From the NCBI GenBank assembly GCA_951406725.2, contig OX597828.1:54994001-55058000 (forward strand): a DNA stretch of 64,000 bases, given 5' to 3'. The notes under the pieces are model-generated. The model had not been told where the DNA came from and did no database searches. It saw only the letters and a program-made list of their open reading frames with translations. Shown here in pieces: positions 26,578 to 40,244 of the stretch. A program made the translations under genes and the position numbers. Every line of letters begins with the position of its first letter. The stretch's first letter is position 1. This stretch comes from Octopus vulgaris (lineage: Eukaryota).

Positions 26578-26930
26578 GGAGAGAATACCATCCTATAGTA
26601 TTACGGGATACATAAAGACAGGCAAATAAATGGTAGTAGATTAGATTTCATCTTCAAAGACCTAAAAAAGACAACATTCCTGGTAACTGACATGACAGTA
26701 ACCGCTGATAGAAACATCTCAGCAAAGGAAGCTGATGTAGACCAATCAGAAACTCACCAGTTGCTGTGGAGTTCAGGGCTGAAGGCAGAAACAGAGGGAA
26801 TCATTCTTGCTGCCCAGAAATAGAGTCTATACGCAAAAACGACCGAACTAATGCCCTCACAAAACGGAGCAGAATTTAAGTGAAGAGTTTGTGATGCTCA
26901 TGACGAAACAATCGTATTTCGTATCTGGAT
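26578..26930 (+). pseudogene. R4/Dong-type LINE fragments (RLE domain and pre-zinc-knuckle region)
   Basis: RLDFIFKD..FLVTDMTV..DRNISAKE and GLKAETEGIILAAQ motifs. Confidence 0.7.
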
Positions 26931-27810
26931 TCCTAACATTTAAACTTCCTACTCTTAATATGGCCATGTTGGCAAGCTAATAAGAGAAACGAAAGGTTTA
27001 CTTACCTCCCGGGGTCTTGTGAAGGTCGGGTGGTTCGGCTTTCACAATTGGTGTGATTTTTTTGGAGGAACCCGTTTGAAAGTCTCGCTGTGGGTTTCAC
27101 GTTCGGGTTTCCCAAGTCCTGAGGAAAGCTCTCACAAATTCTTTTGTAGGAATCGAGCGATAATGTTTCATAGCGAAGAATTCTGACTTAAACAGTACCG
27201 AAATGGTGCCGTATTGTCTGCTCCTTGCTATGTAGTCGGTGTCATCCCTGATGCACCTCAGCGCAGCATCAATATCTGCTTGGTCAATTTAAACCGCTTT
27301 CTTTGTTTCTGCTGAGGTGCATCTGAAATGCACCGTTCTTCGCTCCACTGCTTCGATGGTCTCCGCCGGGATAGTTAAGTTGGCCCAAGTTTGTTCTTGC
27401 TTGATGAGATTCCAAGCCTGGGCCAACTTTTCATGTTTATTTGTGAGATTTGTGCTGAAGTGTAGCCGCTCTTTGGCTGCTGCTGCAGTGAAAGTGTTCT
27501 TGTTGTTAATATTGGTATTGTTCTCGTTTTTGTTATTGTTGTTGCTGCCGCTGCTACTGCAGTTGTTGTTGTTGTTGACACCTTTGCTTTTGTTGTTGTT
27601 TTTGTTGCCATCGCTGCTACTGCCGCTGGTGCTGTCTCTCGGGTTGTTGTTACAGGGACCCCACCCCCACCCCTACCCCCAAGCCCCACCACCATCCTAC
27701 CCCCACCTTCACCCTACCCCCACCACCAAAAAGCGCCAAACTGGTGTAAATAAATGTTTTAAGCTGCACCAACCTGGAGCGTTTGAAAACACGTCCTATG
27801 CACTTCGCAG

Positions 27811-27855
<45 letters not shown>

Positions 27856-28080
27856 TTTTATTCTTGGAAAATATAAGGACACAGGAAATGTATCATAGCC
27901 AACAGGAAACGGTGTTTCCTAGGGCTAAATAACAGCAGCATTCTTCCCTTTCATGGGACTGTCATATTAAGTTGACAACATACTATCACTTTATCGTGCT
28001 GCTACTGCATATATCTCGCTGAGAGATGTAGAAATATATTATTTCTATTTTCAAAAATCAGTGAATGTGTTTCACTTGAA

Positions 28081-28370
28081 GTGGAGGCACATGGCCTAGT
28101 GGTTAGAGCAGCGGACTCGCGGGTTCGAATCTCAAACCGGGCGATGTGTGTGTTTATGAGCGAAACACCTAAGCTCCACGCGGCTCCGGCAGAAGGTAAT
28201 GGCGAACTTCTGCTGACTCTTTCGCCACAACTTTCTCTCACTCTTTCCTCCTGCATCTTGCAGCTCACCTTTGAAGGACCGGCGTCCTATCTAGGTGGGG
28301 AACCTATACGCCAAGGAAACCGGGAAACTGGCCCTTATGAGACAGGCATGGCTGGAGAGGGAACAAACAA
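28081..28370 (+). mobile_element. SINE family E, full length
   Basis: 11-bp TSD TTTCACTTGAA (28070-80 / 28371-81). Confidence 0.9.
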
Positions 28371-28716
28371 TTTCACTTGAAATATATACTTTCAAAGACG
28401 GATAGGCCTCGACAGCTAGCAAGCCATGCTACACCAGACTGATGATGAGAAATGACTCTGAAACTATTCTCTGAATGTTGGCTTTGCTGTGTGGAGGTGC
28501 TAATCTCCACTTTGAAAACATACGGACGCAGGAAATGTGTCAAGTCCAACAGGAAACGGTGTTTCCTAGGGCTAAATAACAGTAGCATTCTTCCCTTTTA
28601 TGGGACTGTCACATTATGTTGACAACATACTATCACTTTAAGATGTTTTCTTTCACATCGTTGCTATCAAGTTGGTGGTCGGCCAAAATTTATTCAAAAT
28701 GAAAAAAAGAGAACAC

Positions 28717-28766
<50 letters not shown>

Positions 28767-29169
28767 GCACACACACACACGCACACACACTCACACACAC
28801 ACACGTACACACACACGCACACAATCGTACATGTACACACCTGATAAATTGTTTTATATCCGGATAAGTGCTTTAGTGCAGAAGGAAATGAAGAAGGAAA
28901 AAATAAAGGAAAACATATATATCAGACCACACGCACGTATCACACACACACACTCATACACTCACACACACACACACATACACATACACACACACACGCA
29001 CACTCGGGAATGCACGCACAGGTACATAATTTAATTCTCAATAGATTTGGGGGAGAGACTTAAATGACAAGCACATAATTATGTCGCCTGACCAGCAGAG
29101 GAGGAGAAAATTGACTGTGGGGATGAAAAAAGACGGAGAAAGGGATTTGAACACCCATCCCACTAACCA

Positions 29170-29690
29170 CCGCCAAGCACCACCACCACCAACCACTGCC
29201 ACCACCAGCACCAGCACCACCACCATCACCACCACCACCACCACCACCACCACCACCACCATTGTCAGCTCCACCACCAACGCCACCATTGCCTCCACCA
29301 CGACCACCATCACCGCCCCCACCGCAACCACCACGACCACCACCACCACCATCACCGCCCCCACCAACGCCCCCACCAACGACCCCACCATCACCGCCCC
29401 CACCAACGCCACCACCATCACCACCACCACCGCCACCACCAACGCCACCGCCCCCATCGCCCCACCAACGCCACCACCATCACCACCACCACCGCCACCA
29501 CCAACGCCACCGCCCCCATCGCCCCACCAACGCCACCACCATCGCCGCCGCCGCCGCCACCACCATTGTCAGTTCCACCACCAACGCCACCATTGCCTCC
29601 ACCACCACCACCACCACCAACAACAACAACCACCATCACCGCCCCCCACCGCCACCACCAACGCCACCACCATCACCGCCACCGCCGTTT
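29170..29690. repeat. (CAC)n-derived GC-rich low-complexity repeat
   Basis: Direct reading; a similar tract lies at 30590-30935. Confidence 0.9.
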
Positions 29691-30013
29691 GTGCTACAAA
29701 AACAACGCAATGTGATACACAAAACAATAAACACCAATGGCTGACAACAAAGACCACGATGACGACAACGAGTGAGTACAATGGCGGCTGCAGTTTTCAA
29801 CAATCTTCAACCGAGTATTAAGAAGAAAAAGAAGAAAGAAAACAAAATAATGGCGTGGAACAGGGTCCATCCTTACTAAAATTTCATTCATAAACATGCT
29901 TGCTTCGTTGCCGTCCCTTATTTTTCTTGTTTGGCTTCGTTTCTTAGAATTGTACTCTTTTATTTAGTTTTCTGTATCCACTCTCCTGGCCCTTCTTTAT
30001 TTGTATTTTTCAC

Positions 30014-30048
<35 letters not shown>

Positions 30049-30059
30049 TTATCTGTCTG

Positions 30060-30117
<58 letters not shown>

Positions 30118-30167
30118 CATCTGTCTCTCTGTCTCTCTGTCTCTCTGTCTCTCTGTCTCTCTCTCTG

Positions 30168-30243
<76 letters not shown>

Positions 30244-31062
30244 ACTACCTAGGTAGGTGTGTGGGTAAGTGTGTGGGATTTTAGGTGGGTAGGTAGGTAT
30301 GCATGTTTTAGTCTATAGCCAATTGTAGAGTTGAGAGACCAGTGGGTGGCACAATTGATAATTAGGTGGGTTAAGTAGGTACTGCAAATGAATTGGTGGT
30401 AGAAAGGTGGCTAAGCGGTGTCAGACTCTTTAATCTTTGAGAGTAAAAAAAAAAGTTGGTGGGTGGAGATAGGTAGGTAGAAAGCTAAGGTATTGGGGGT
30501 ACTAAAGCTGGTCGCTTTAAAAAAAAAAAACATCCTCTGTCTACGTGTATCTGTTTGTTTCTTCACTTAGTCTAAATCCTCTGACAAAGACGACGACGAC
30601 AACAGCGATGACTGCAACCACCACCACCACCGCCACCACCACCACCACCATCACCACCACCACCACCACCACCACCACCACCACCACCACCACCACCACC
30701 ACCACCACCACCACCACCACCACCACCACCACCACCACCACCACCACCAAAACCACCACCACTACCACCACCACCACCACCACCACCACCACCACCACCA
30801 CCACCGCCGCCGCCGCCGCCACCACCACCTCACCACCACCACCAAAACCACCACCACCACCGCCATCACCACCACCGCCGCCACAACCACCACCACCACC
30901 GCCACCACCACCACTGTCACCAATACCACCACAACCGTCAGTGAGTCAGGGAGGAAGTCCTTGGGTGGGCCTTTAAGAAATAGCAACTAAATTTCCTTGA
31001 AATCCCTTTCTGCTGTCAGATATAAGGTCGGGACAGATTACATAATGTAGCTGTACGTAGAC

Positions 31063-31220
31063 CCAGGCATGGCAGAGTGGTAAGAAGGTTGCTTCCCAAC
31101 AACATGGTTCCGAGTTCAGTCTCACTGCGTGATACCTTGGGCATCGGTGTCTCCTACCTGTAACCCCGGGACGACGAAAGCCTTGAGTGGATTTGGTAGA
31201 CGAAAGCATATATGTATGTA

Positions 31221-31268
<48 letters not shown>

Positions 31269-31385
31269 TCCCCTACCACTGCTTGACAACTGGTGTTGGT
31301 GTGTGTACATAAAATAGCGGTTCGGCAAAAGACACGGATAGAATAAGTATGAAGCTTAAAAATCATAAGTACAGGGGTCGATTCG
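31063..31385 (+). mobile_element. Diverged SINE family A
   Basis: Head, (TG)n middle and partial tail match the family. Confidence 0.8.
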
Positions 31386-31394
31386 CTCCACACA

Positions 31395-31443
<49 letters not shown>

Positions 31444-31511
31444 TTATATATATATACATATATATACAGTGGGGGCAAATAAATATTCGTTCATGTCAAA
31501 ATTCTTTATTT

Positions 31512-32300
31512 ACGTAAATCCTAAAGTATAGTCCACCCTTGGGTATAATACGCAGGGGCTTTTTTGGGGGGGCTGTACCTCTGAAAAACCTAAACCTTGT
31601 GTATAATACGCACCCCTTCTCTAACTTGAGTCAAGGAGGTCTATATAACGTGCTTGGTTTGTAAAACTGTATACGGTAACGTCCTTTATTATTATCTCTC
31701 TATATATAAACGGCAGTTTGTCTGTGCGTTTTCTGTGTGTCTGTTTTCTCGTACCCTCACCCTGACCACGGCTTTCAACCGATTCTGATGAAACTTGACA
31801 CACACATAGCCCAATGTCATAACTCAAAACTAACGCAGCGAAAATTTTGAAAAGTTCCCCCAGTTCTGAAAAAATCGATAAATTCGACATGGGGTCGAGA
31901 ATCAGAAACCCAAACCACAGACCGTCTAGGGGACGCAACTCCACCTTTTTTAACTCTCAAAAAAAATTTACCATCATTTTTTTCCCATTTTTTTGCTATT
32001 TTTTGGCTATAACTCTCTAAAAATGCTTTATAATTATTTCCCTTACAAACCTGAGCAACGCCGGGCGATACTGCTAGTTGTATATATAACATAATGCAAA
32101 CGTGTAGCTTTTTGGTGCATTTAGCTTGCAGAAAATAAAGAAATAACAGTAATAACAGTAATAACGTTTAATAAATGTTGCTTATTGCAAGTTATGGATG
32201 ATTCTTTTATGACTTTTTTTGCTTTCAGGCTTAGCTTAAGGTATTTTCGCGCCCGACATCACAAAAAGCGTCTGAATAAACATTGTCGGGCCAGCAAACA
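31512..32300. mobile_element. Truncated pogo/Tc2-type MITE nested in the Tc1
   Basis: Reverse-complement match to parts of 17596-18119. Confidence 0.8.
31695..32077 (+). mobile_element. Non-autonomous Helitron-type element
   Basis: A|TC start, subterminal hairpin, CTAG|T end, no TSD. Confidence 0.9.
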
Positions 32301-33402
32301 GGCGGTACCATCTTTCCTCCAAACATGGCTACGCGAATTTCGTCCAAACAATTCAATTTTGGACTCGTCTGCCCATAGAACATTTTCCCAGAATGTATCA
32401 GATTTATCCTTATGTTTATAAACAAATTTTAAACGGGCATCTCTATGCCTTTTAGTCAACAGCGGAGTTTTTTCTAGGAGAGCGTGACTTCAGTTCATTC
32501 CTATGAAGTTCATTGCTGATTGTTCGTAGTGTAACACTTGTCCCTGAAGCTAACAAATCTTCTTGCAACTCCTTTTTGGCGATCAATACGTTTTTTTCGA
32601 TTCTTCGCTTCATTTTTCTTAAAGATCTATGAGAAATCTTGCGTGGTGCACCGGATCTTATTCTGTTTTCAAAAGTTCCCGATTTTTTATATCTTTGAAT
32701 AAATGAAGATATGGCAGAAAATGGAATACAAAGGGTCTCTGATATTTTCCTGTAATTTTTACCTGCTTTCCACTGTTCAATAATTAAGTTTTTCACTGAA
32801 TTTGTGAGTTCTTTACTTTTCGTCATTATTACGATACTACTTTATGTTGCCTCGGTGCTGAATGAAGAAGCTAGCGTTTTGACACTTAAAAATGACAACT
32901 GATAAGATTATTGGAACAAACGAGAAAGTTCTAGTAAAAAAAAATTACTTTAACAGTATTTTGTGGCATAGAAAATCATAAATTTATTCTGTACGAATAC
33001 TTTTTTCACCCCTAAATATTTATAATTGTATATAAATTCATTAGTTACTATAATGTATTAGTTTCTTTTGCATATTCTTAGTTTATGCATGTGTATTCAA
33101 ATATAATATTGGTATATCCCATTCATGCTCATTAGAAATTAAATAAATAAAGAATTTTGACATATACGAATATTTATTTCCCCCGTATTTATAGATATCA
33201 ATAAAGCTTATTTAGAAAAAGATATAATACTATTAAATAGTATTATATACTTGAGGTGGGTTATTAGAAGCTGGAGTAGTAGTTTCTATGCTGGAGTGAA
33301 CGCAGCATGTTCTTTGTCTATCTCCTTAACTTCTTGAAGATTTTAGGTATAATTATACTAATGTGTCCATCTGTTCTAATTTAATTAAATTCTATGTCTT
33401 TG

Positions 33403-33612
33403 TGCAGCTGAGGATTGGTGTGCATTTTAAATTACTGTAATGATTGCATTGTTCAATTAAATGGAGTTGCATGAAACGATCGTACTGCATTACCTCTGGA
33501 TATCCTTGTTGCTGATTTTGATTTTAATCACCTTACTTTGAAATTGTATGGATAATACCGTACTAAATTCTGGTGCCTCAACTTCAGTACCATATTCATC
33601 TAAACCTAAATT
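33403..33612 (+). mobile_element. Penelope-pLTR-like unit with a hammerhead motif (33403-33489)
   Basis: TGCAG-CTGAGGA..GAAAC-GATC-GTA^CTGCA; downstream part is related to 10908-11040(-) and 16795-16939(-). Confidence 0.65.
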
Positions 33613-33616
33613 TATG

Positions 33617-33770
33617 GTTGTGTGGTAAGTAGCTTGCTTACCAACTACATGGTTCCGGTTTAAATCCCACTGCGTGACACCTTGGGCAAGTGCCTTCAAC
33701 TATAGCCTCAGGCCGACCAAAGCCTTGTGAGTGGATTTGGTAGATCGAAACTTAAAGAAGCCCATCGTAT
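33617..33770 (+). mobile_element. SINE family A, 5' half
   Basis: Family match. Confidence 0.85.
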
Positions 33771-33789
33771 ATGTATATATATATATATC

Positions 33790-35911
33790 TAGCTATCTGA
33801 GTCAATGAGTCACCGAAGGTGGCATCACTGAGTCGATCAGTCACCGATGCTTTGTCAGTACCTGGGCTTGAAATGTAGGCGTGCTGTTGTGTATTAAGTT
33901 CACATATTTAATTCACCTTCACAATGCCAAGAAACTGTATAAACATGGCAAACAACTTTTGCTATATTTACGGTGACTTAACATTCAAGTCACAAAGACA
34001 GCATTTCCCGTCATTGATTAAAAAGTGCTATGAGCATTATTTTGACTGCAAAGGGGGTGACCAGGATAAAAGCTGGGCCCCTCATGTGCATTGTGTAACC
34101 TGTGTCAGGCTTCTCACTGCATGGGCCAAAGGTTCACGCCATATGCCTTTTGCCATCACTATGATTTGGAGAGTGCTCAACGATCACACTTCAGATTGCT
34201 ACTTCTGCATGACGAATATACAAGGTATAACATCAAAATCCAAGCATACTGCGAAATATCATAATTTACAATCTGCTATGAGACCAGTACTTCACAGTCA
34301 ACACTTAGCTGTATTTGACCCTCCAAAACAAATGACACTTAGTGACGACAGGTCAAGTGATGTAGATGTGGAGAAAGAAACGGGTGACATGGATTTTGAG
34401 CCTTATTGTTCATCAAGTGAACCACATTTGTGGAGTCAGAGAGATCTGATGCTCTTGTGCAGGATTTAAACTTGTCGAAAAAGCAAGCTGAACTTCTTGG
34501 TTCCAGGTTAAAGGGCTCCAGAAAGTTAGTTTTTATCGTGCTCTGCATTGTGATTTTGCAATTTTCTTCTCAATTGAGGATGGTGTGGTGTTTTGTAAAG
34601 ATGTATACTCTCGTATGCAGGAATTTAACCACAATTATAGCACGAATGAGTGGCGTTTGTTTATTGTCTCATCAAAAGTAAGCTTGAAAGCAGTTTTTCT
34701 CCACAATGGAAATGAGTATCCTTCTGTTCTTCTGGCCCATGCAGCTAACATGAAGCAAACGTATGAGAGTATGAAGCTTCTGTTGCAAACAGTTAAGTAT
34801 GAGGAACGTAAGTGGAATATTTGTCGTGATCTAAAAGTTGTGGTACTTTTACTTGGAATGCAGTTGGGTTACATCAAGTTTTGTTGCTTTTCTGTGGGTG
34901 GGAGAGTCGGGATGAGAAAAAAAAAATCATTATGAAAAGAATGTGTGGCGCCGAAACGATCTCTGACTCCCAGAGAGAAGAATGTCATCGATCCTCCCCT
35001 TGTTGATTCTGAGAAAATTTATCTGCCTCCTTTGCATATTAAGCTAGGATGGATGAAGAATTTCGTCAATGTTATGGATACAACTGGTAAGGGATTCACG
35101 TATTTGAAAACTAAATTTCCAAGAGTAAGTGACGCAAAAATCAAGGAAGGTATTTTTGTTAGGCCACAGATTAGGGAGCTGATGAGAGGTCAAAAGTTTG
35201 ATGAAGAGTTCAAAGATATTGAAAAAGCTGTGTGGCTGTCATTTAAGCAAGTTTGCAGAGAGTTTGAGGGGAAACTATTCTATCTTTACGAAAGGCTACT
35301 GACATCATACAAGGCCTTGGGATGCAATATGGGCCTAAAAATCCACTTCTTGGATTCTCACTTGGACTTTTTCCCTGCAATTGTTGGGGCTGTCAGTGAC
35401 GAACACTGCGTGAGGGTTTCACTAGGCCATTCTGAACATAGAAACCCGGTACCAAGGAAAGCGGAGCTCTTCTATGTTGGCTGATTATCGTTGATCACTA
35501 AAAAAGGATGTTTCAAACAAAGGTAAGTTTCCTTGTAATACCAGCCTGATCCTTGAATTCATTAAAATACATTTGTTTAACATTTTATATATGCTATCAA
35601 AGAAAAACTATAACTTAGAGGAAAAAATCTGAAAACATGCTTGAATTCTGCAGATAAAATGCTATTAAATTCACCTACTTTTGCTTATGGGACAACATTT
35701 TTCATTAATTCTATTGACCAATTATAATTGTCAGCCTTATTTCTGCATTAATGTAGTACAATTATTGTATAATTTGATTATTCTGTCTCATAAAAGCTAT
35801 GCCTGATAGAAATAGTTTAAAAATAGATCCGAGATCTGCATTAAAAGTATTATAAAGTTCCATTTCTTTAGGTCATAGGACAGCAAAAAGTTCGAATTTT
35901 GTTGACCAGTG
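33790..35911 (+). mobile_element. Chapaev3-like (CMC) DNA transposon; frameshifted transposase 33924-about 35500; right TIR intact, left end lost
   Basis: FCYI.G..DQDKSWAPH..C..C, DCYFC, LPPLHIKLG.MKNFV, KEGIFV.PQIR, LKIHFLDSHLDFFP..GAVSDEH; ends GTTGACCAGTG then TTA. Confidence 0.75.
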
Positions 35912-36351
35912 TTATAACATAGTAAAACGTTCTAGTTGCTGTTATTTGAGGTCTCTGGGTGAAACTAGGAACAGATAGTTTACAGTTGAACATGTAACGC
36001 CATGCTCAGTCAGTCGCAAAACAGCGTGGCACTTGTGCAAGACTCTAGAATACTACTTTAGACCCTGGGTCTACGCAAGTCTCACATGCGCACACGTTCT
36101 GTTGGATCGCAACCAAAACCTAAAGTCACACACGATCTGACAGAGTACTGATTATGCAACACGCTTCGTCTTTCACGCTGAATCTCGTTCCATTAACCAT
36201 TGCCTATCAAATTTGAAAGAAGAGCTTCAACACTGGTTGTTCGACTTGCTGATATAAGCAGCGGAATCTCTCACATATCGTTTGAAAGATTAAAGGAAGA
36301 TCATATTGGATAAAATAATTTAATAATAATAATAATAATAACAACAACAAC

Positions 36352-36489
<138 letters not shown>

Positions 36490-36625
36490 CAAAGACGAGG
36501 TAGTCATATTTGGAAGGCCTTTGATCATAAGCTCTGCTGGATCAAAGTTGAACAAAGACTAAACAACGCCAACAAGAAAAGAACCAAAGGCATTTTAGAC
36601 TGTTTACTCGTCTCAGCTTCTTTCA

Positions 36626-36672
<47 letters not shown>

Positions 36673-37427
36673 ACTTACTAACTAACCAACTAATTAACTA
36701 ACTACAACGACATCACACATACATTTTTGATAGTCTTCTCACCGCCACCAGTACCAGCACCACCAGCACCACCACCACCCACCTGCAACAACATTCTTAG
36801 CATGACCACCCCCACCAACATGTTTGTTTCTTTACACGAACCTCCGGCTTTTATTTTGGTGTCTAGTCCTCACCTTTGAAAACAAACTTTCTGTTATGAA
36901 TGAGTTTCATCCTCATGTGTGTGTGTGAGTGTGTTTGTGTATGTATGTGCGTGCGTGTGTTTGTTTGTGCGTGGATGTGTGTGTGTGTATGTGTGTGTTT
37001 GTATTTGTGTGTATATTCAATAAAGCTACGGTGAGTGGGTGTATGAATTGGGGTGTGAGAGGCAATTTGTGTATGTGTGCATGTATGTGAATGTGTGAAG
37101 GCTCTGTTTGTGTGTATGTGTGTGTATGTGTGCGTGTGTATGTGTCTGTATGCATGTTTGTGTTTGCGTGTGTGTGTATGTGTTTTATGAGTAAGTAGTG
37201 TGACTGTAATTACTCATGTAAGAGAATGGGTGTGTGTGTTGTATAAGTGTATGAGTGTTTATGTGTTCGCATGCTTGCGTGTATATGAACGTGTGTTCAC
37301 GTACCTGTCCAGCTCAAAAGAATTTGCTGATTAATAGTGAACTGATGCGAAAAACAGATGGATGAAAGTAGAGGCGCGCGGCCATTGTGTTCGTATGTGA
37401 GACAGACCGAGAGACCGAAAGACAGAT

Positions 37428-37488
<61 letters not shown>

Positions 37489-37606
37489 ACACATAGACAC
37501 ACTGTCACAAACATGCAAGCACACACACACACTTTCACACATACACACATACACACACACTCACAAATGCACAACACACACATACGCACATAAATAGGTA
37601 GACAGC

Positions 37607-37637
<31 letters not shown>

Positions 37638-37721
37638 TGACAGAGAAAAGCAGAAGGTAGAAAGAACTCGTGGTTAGTCTGCGTAGGTGGCATTACATTT
37701 CTTGTAAATTGAAGGGAAATC

Positions 37722-37789
<68 letters not shown>

Positions 37790-38760
37790 AAGAAAAAGAA
37801 GGATGTGTGTGTGTGTGTGTGTGTGTACAAGAGAAAGAAAATGAGAAGCGATATAGTTAGATGATTGAATGACTGGATAGATAGAACCTGACGATGTGGC
37901 AAGCAGAGTGCAGACAGAAAAGCAGACGATAATGAAACAGAAAAAAACAGACGCGGAAAAGCAGACGATAAGGGGGAAAAAAACAACAAAAAAAAGACAG
38001 ACAGAAACCAAAACAAAACAAAAGATATATATCAGGGAAAAAAGCAGAAATTAAATGAAGGAAAAAAAAAGGTAAAGAAAAAGAGAGGATTATAGTGCTT
38101 TGCTAAGGTAATTGTGAGGTTTATATGTGGGATGTGAAGATAAGAAAATAGGTTTTAAATTGAATAAATAAGATGATGAGCATAAACAAAATTATAATAT
38201 ACACCAACCAACCTACCTACCTACGTACCTACCTACCTACCTACATACATACATACATACATACATACATAAACACACGCGCGCGTATATATATATATAT
38301 ATAACGTAAAGAAATGATACGAGCAACAGAAATGAATTATAAAGAACATGTTTAGTGGGCTGGGGTAGAAAAAATAAGAGGACAGTTAAATAGATAGATT
38401 GATCTTAATAGATAGGTGAAGCAGACAAGCAATAGTTCAAAATGGTACCCGAGTGCATTTATTTAATGGCGGTTGTATAACGCGTGTGTGCATGTGTGTG
38501 TGTGTGTGAGAGAGAGAGAGAGGGGGAGAGAGAGAGAAAGAGAGACAGAGAGAGAGAGAGAGACAAAGCGTATGCATGATATCTTTCGCGTATACTTATT
38601 TATGAATGGGTGTATATGTGTGTATTTGTATTTGCGTGTAAGTGCATTTGTGTACGCGTATTTATATATACGCATACACATACACATAATACTATATTTT
38701 TTATATTCAAGGTCTGCTTTTTTAAAGAAACGCGCAATCGCTGAGGAAAGTAGAAGTAGT

Positions 38761-38850
38761 TAGACCACAAATAGCTAGATAGACCACACATAGCTAGATA
38801 GACCACAAATAGCTAGATAGACCACAAATAGACCACAAATAGCTAGCTAG
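38761..38850. repeat. 20-bp tandem repeat (tagaccacaaatagctagat)
   Basis: About 4 units read directly. Confidence 0.9.
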
Positions 38851-39031
38851 CTAGATAGACAGTAATTTGATGGATAGTCGAGATTGATACATATTTCTTG
38901 TTTATGCGTTAATGAGGAAAACTTTGGATAATTCTCTCATCAACCTGATTAATAAGATAAGGCGATTAAGGTTCAGTTATCCCAAAATGAAGTACTTTAA
39001 TAAAATTCTATTGACTTATAACAGGATATAC

Positions 39032-39099
<68 letters not shown>

Positions 39100-39150
39100 G
39101 TATGTATGTATGTGTGTGTGAATATATCATATACATACATACATACATAC

Positions 39151-39313
39151 ATGACTCTTTTCCCTGTATCTGACGAGGAATGTTACGGGTATCTAGGGGT
39201 GGATGAAAATATATCTTGCAATGGCACCAGTAACAAAACACGTATTACTAAAGAATATTACAGCCGAATAAAAGAAATTTGGACTTCAGAACTCTCTGCA
39301 TTCAATAAAACAG
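39151..39313 (+). pseudogene. R4/Dong-type LINE RT C-terminal fragment
   Basis: YGYLGVDE...KEYYSRIKEIWTSELSAFNK; abuts an (ATAC)n tract. Confidence 0.75.
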
Positions 39314-39419
39314 TGGTTGTCAAGCAATGGTCGGGGGTACAAACACAGACACAAATATTCAAATACACTCATACAAACACACACGCACGCACATACGCCC
39401 CCCCCCCCACACAAGAGAT

Positions 39420-40237
39420 TTGGATTGGCAACTAAGTTCCCGCGGTCCCACCATACGCGCAACATCGTTTTACGCAGATGAAGATCTTGTTTCACACGCA
39501 GTGTCGCTTCTTTACCGGGGCTAAGCCATTCTTTACGCTGCTTCATATTGATGGACAGGCACCATTTTTCGTCGCCAGTAACGATTCGGTAAAGAAATCG
39601 TTGCTTGTGTCCATGAGTTGAGCGGTGACAAGCAAGCAAACCAGCGGAGATTGTGGCGCGTTGATTTTTGTTGTTGTCACTTACAGCAAGCAGAACCCGT
39701 GCTCCATACTTCTGAACCTTTTCCATCGAGTGAAAATGCTGCTCTATAGCAGTATGGGAGCATTCCATTTCTCTGCCAGTTCCCTTGTCGTTTGACGAGA
39801 ATTTTCGTGCAAAAGTTGGTTTAATCGCTCTTCATCGAACTCAACTGGACGGCCAGAACGAGGTGCATCTTTGAGGTGAAAATTTCTATTTTTGAACTTG
39901 GCATACCAATCACGGGCGGTTCTTTCAGCTATGGCACCCTCTCCATACACAGCACAAATGTCGCGAGCAGCTTTTGCGGCCTCAGAACCTTGATTAAAAG
40001 CAAAAAGAAAGAGGTGTAGAAATTGCTTGTTTTTTTTAACTTGACATTCCATCTTAATGATCTGAAAATAAACAAAAATTAGCTAAAATTAACAAAAAAA
40101 AAAAATAAATAAAATAGATTCCAAAATGATTCAAAAACAGAATTCTCGAAAAAAAAAAAAAAAAGATCCCAAAATTTAAAAACGCAATAAATTCCAAAAT
40201 TAAAAAAAAATCGGCGGGAACTTAGTCGCCAATCCAA
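39420..40237 (-). mobile_element. mariner element with both TIRs, internally deleted after the WWD motif
   Basis: TIRs TTGGATTGGC(A/G)ACTAAGTTCCCGC; PRSGRP, IVTGDEKW, KTMLRVWWD; one frameshift near 39760. Confidence 0.92.
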
Positions 40238-40244
40238 TATATGA

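Larger units (their letters stand above)
31467..33185 (-). mobile_element. Tc1-family transposon, internally deleted, with nested insertions; transposase remnant about 32300-32826
   Basis: TIRs CAGTGGGGGCAAATAAATATTCG / CGAATATTTATTTCCCCC; MTKSKEL..RSGAPRK HTH and FWENVLWADESKIELFG; inner DR near 32991. Confidence 0.9.

Noticed and set aside
29081-29821. 246-aa Thr/Pro/His-rich ORF (mucin-like)
   Set aside because: It is a (CAC)n-derived repeat that is open in several frames on both strands, with no splice or domain support.
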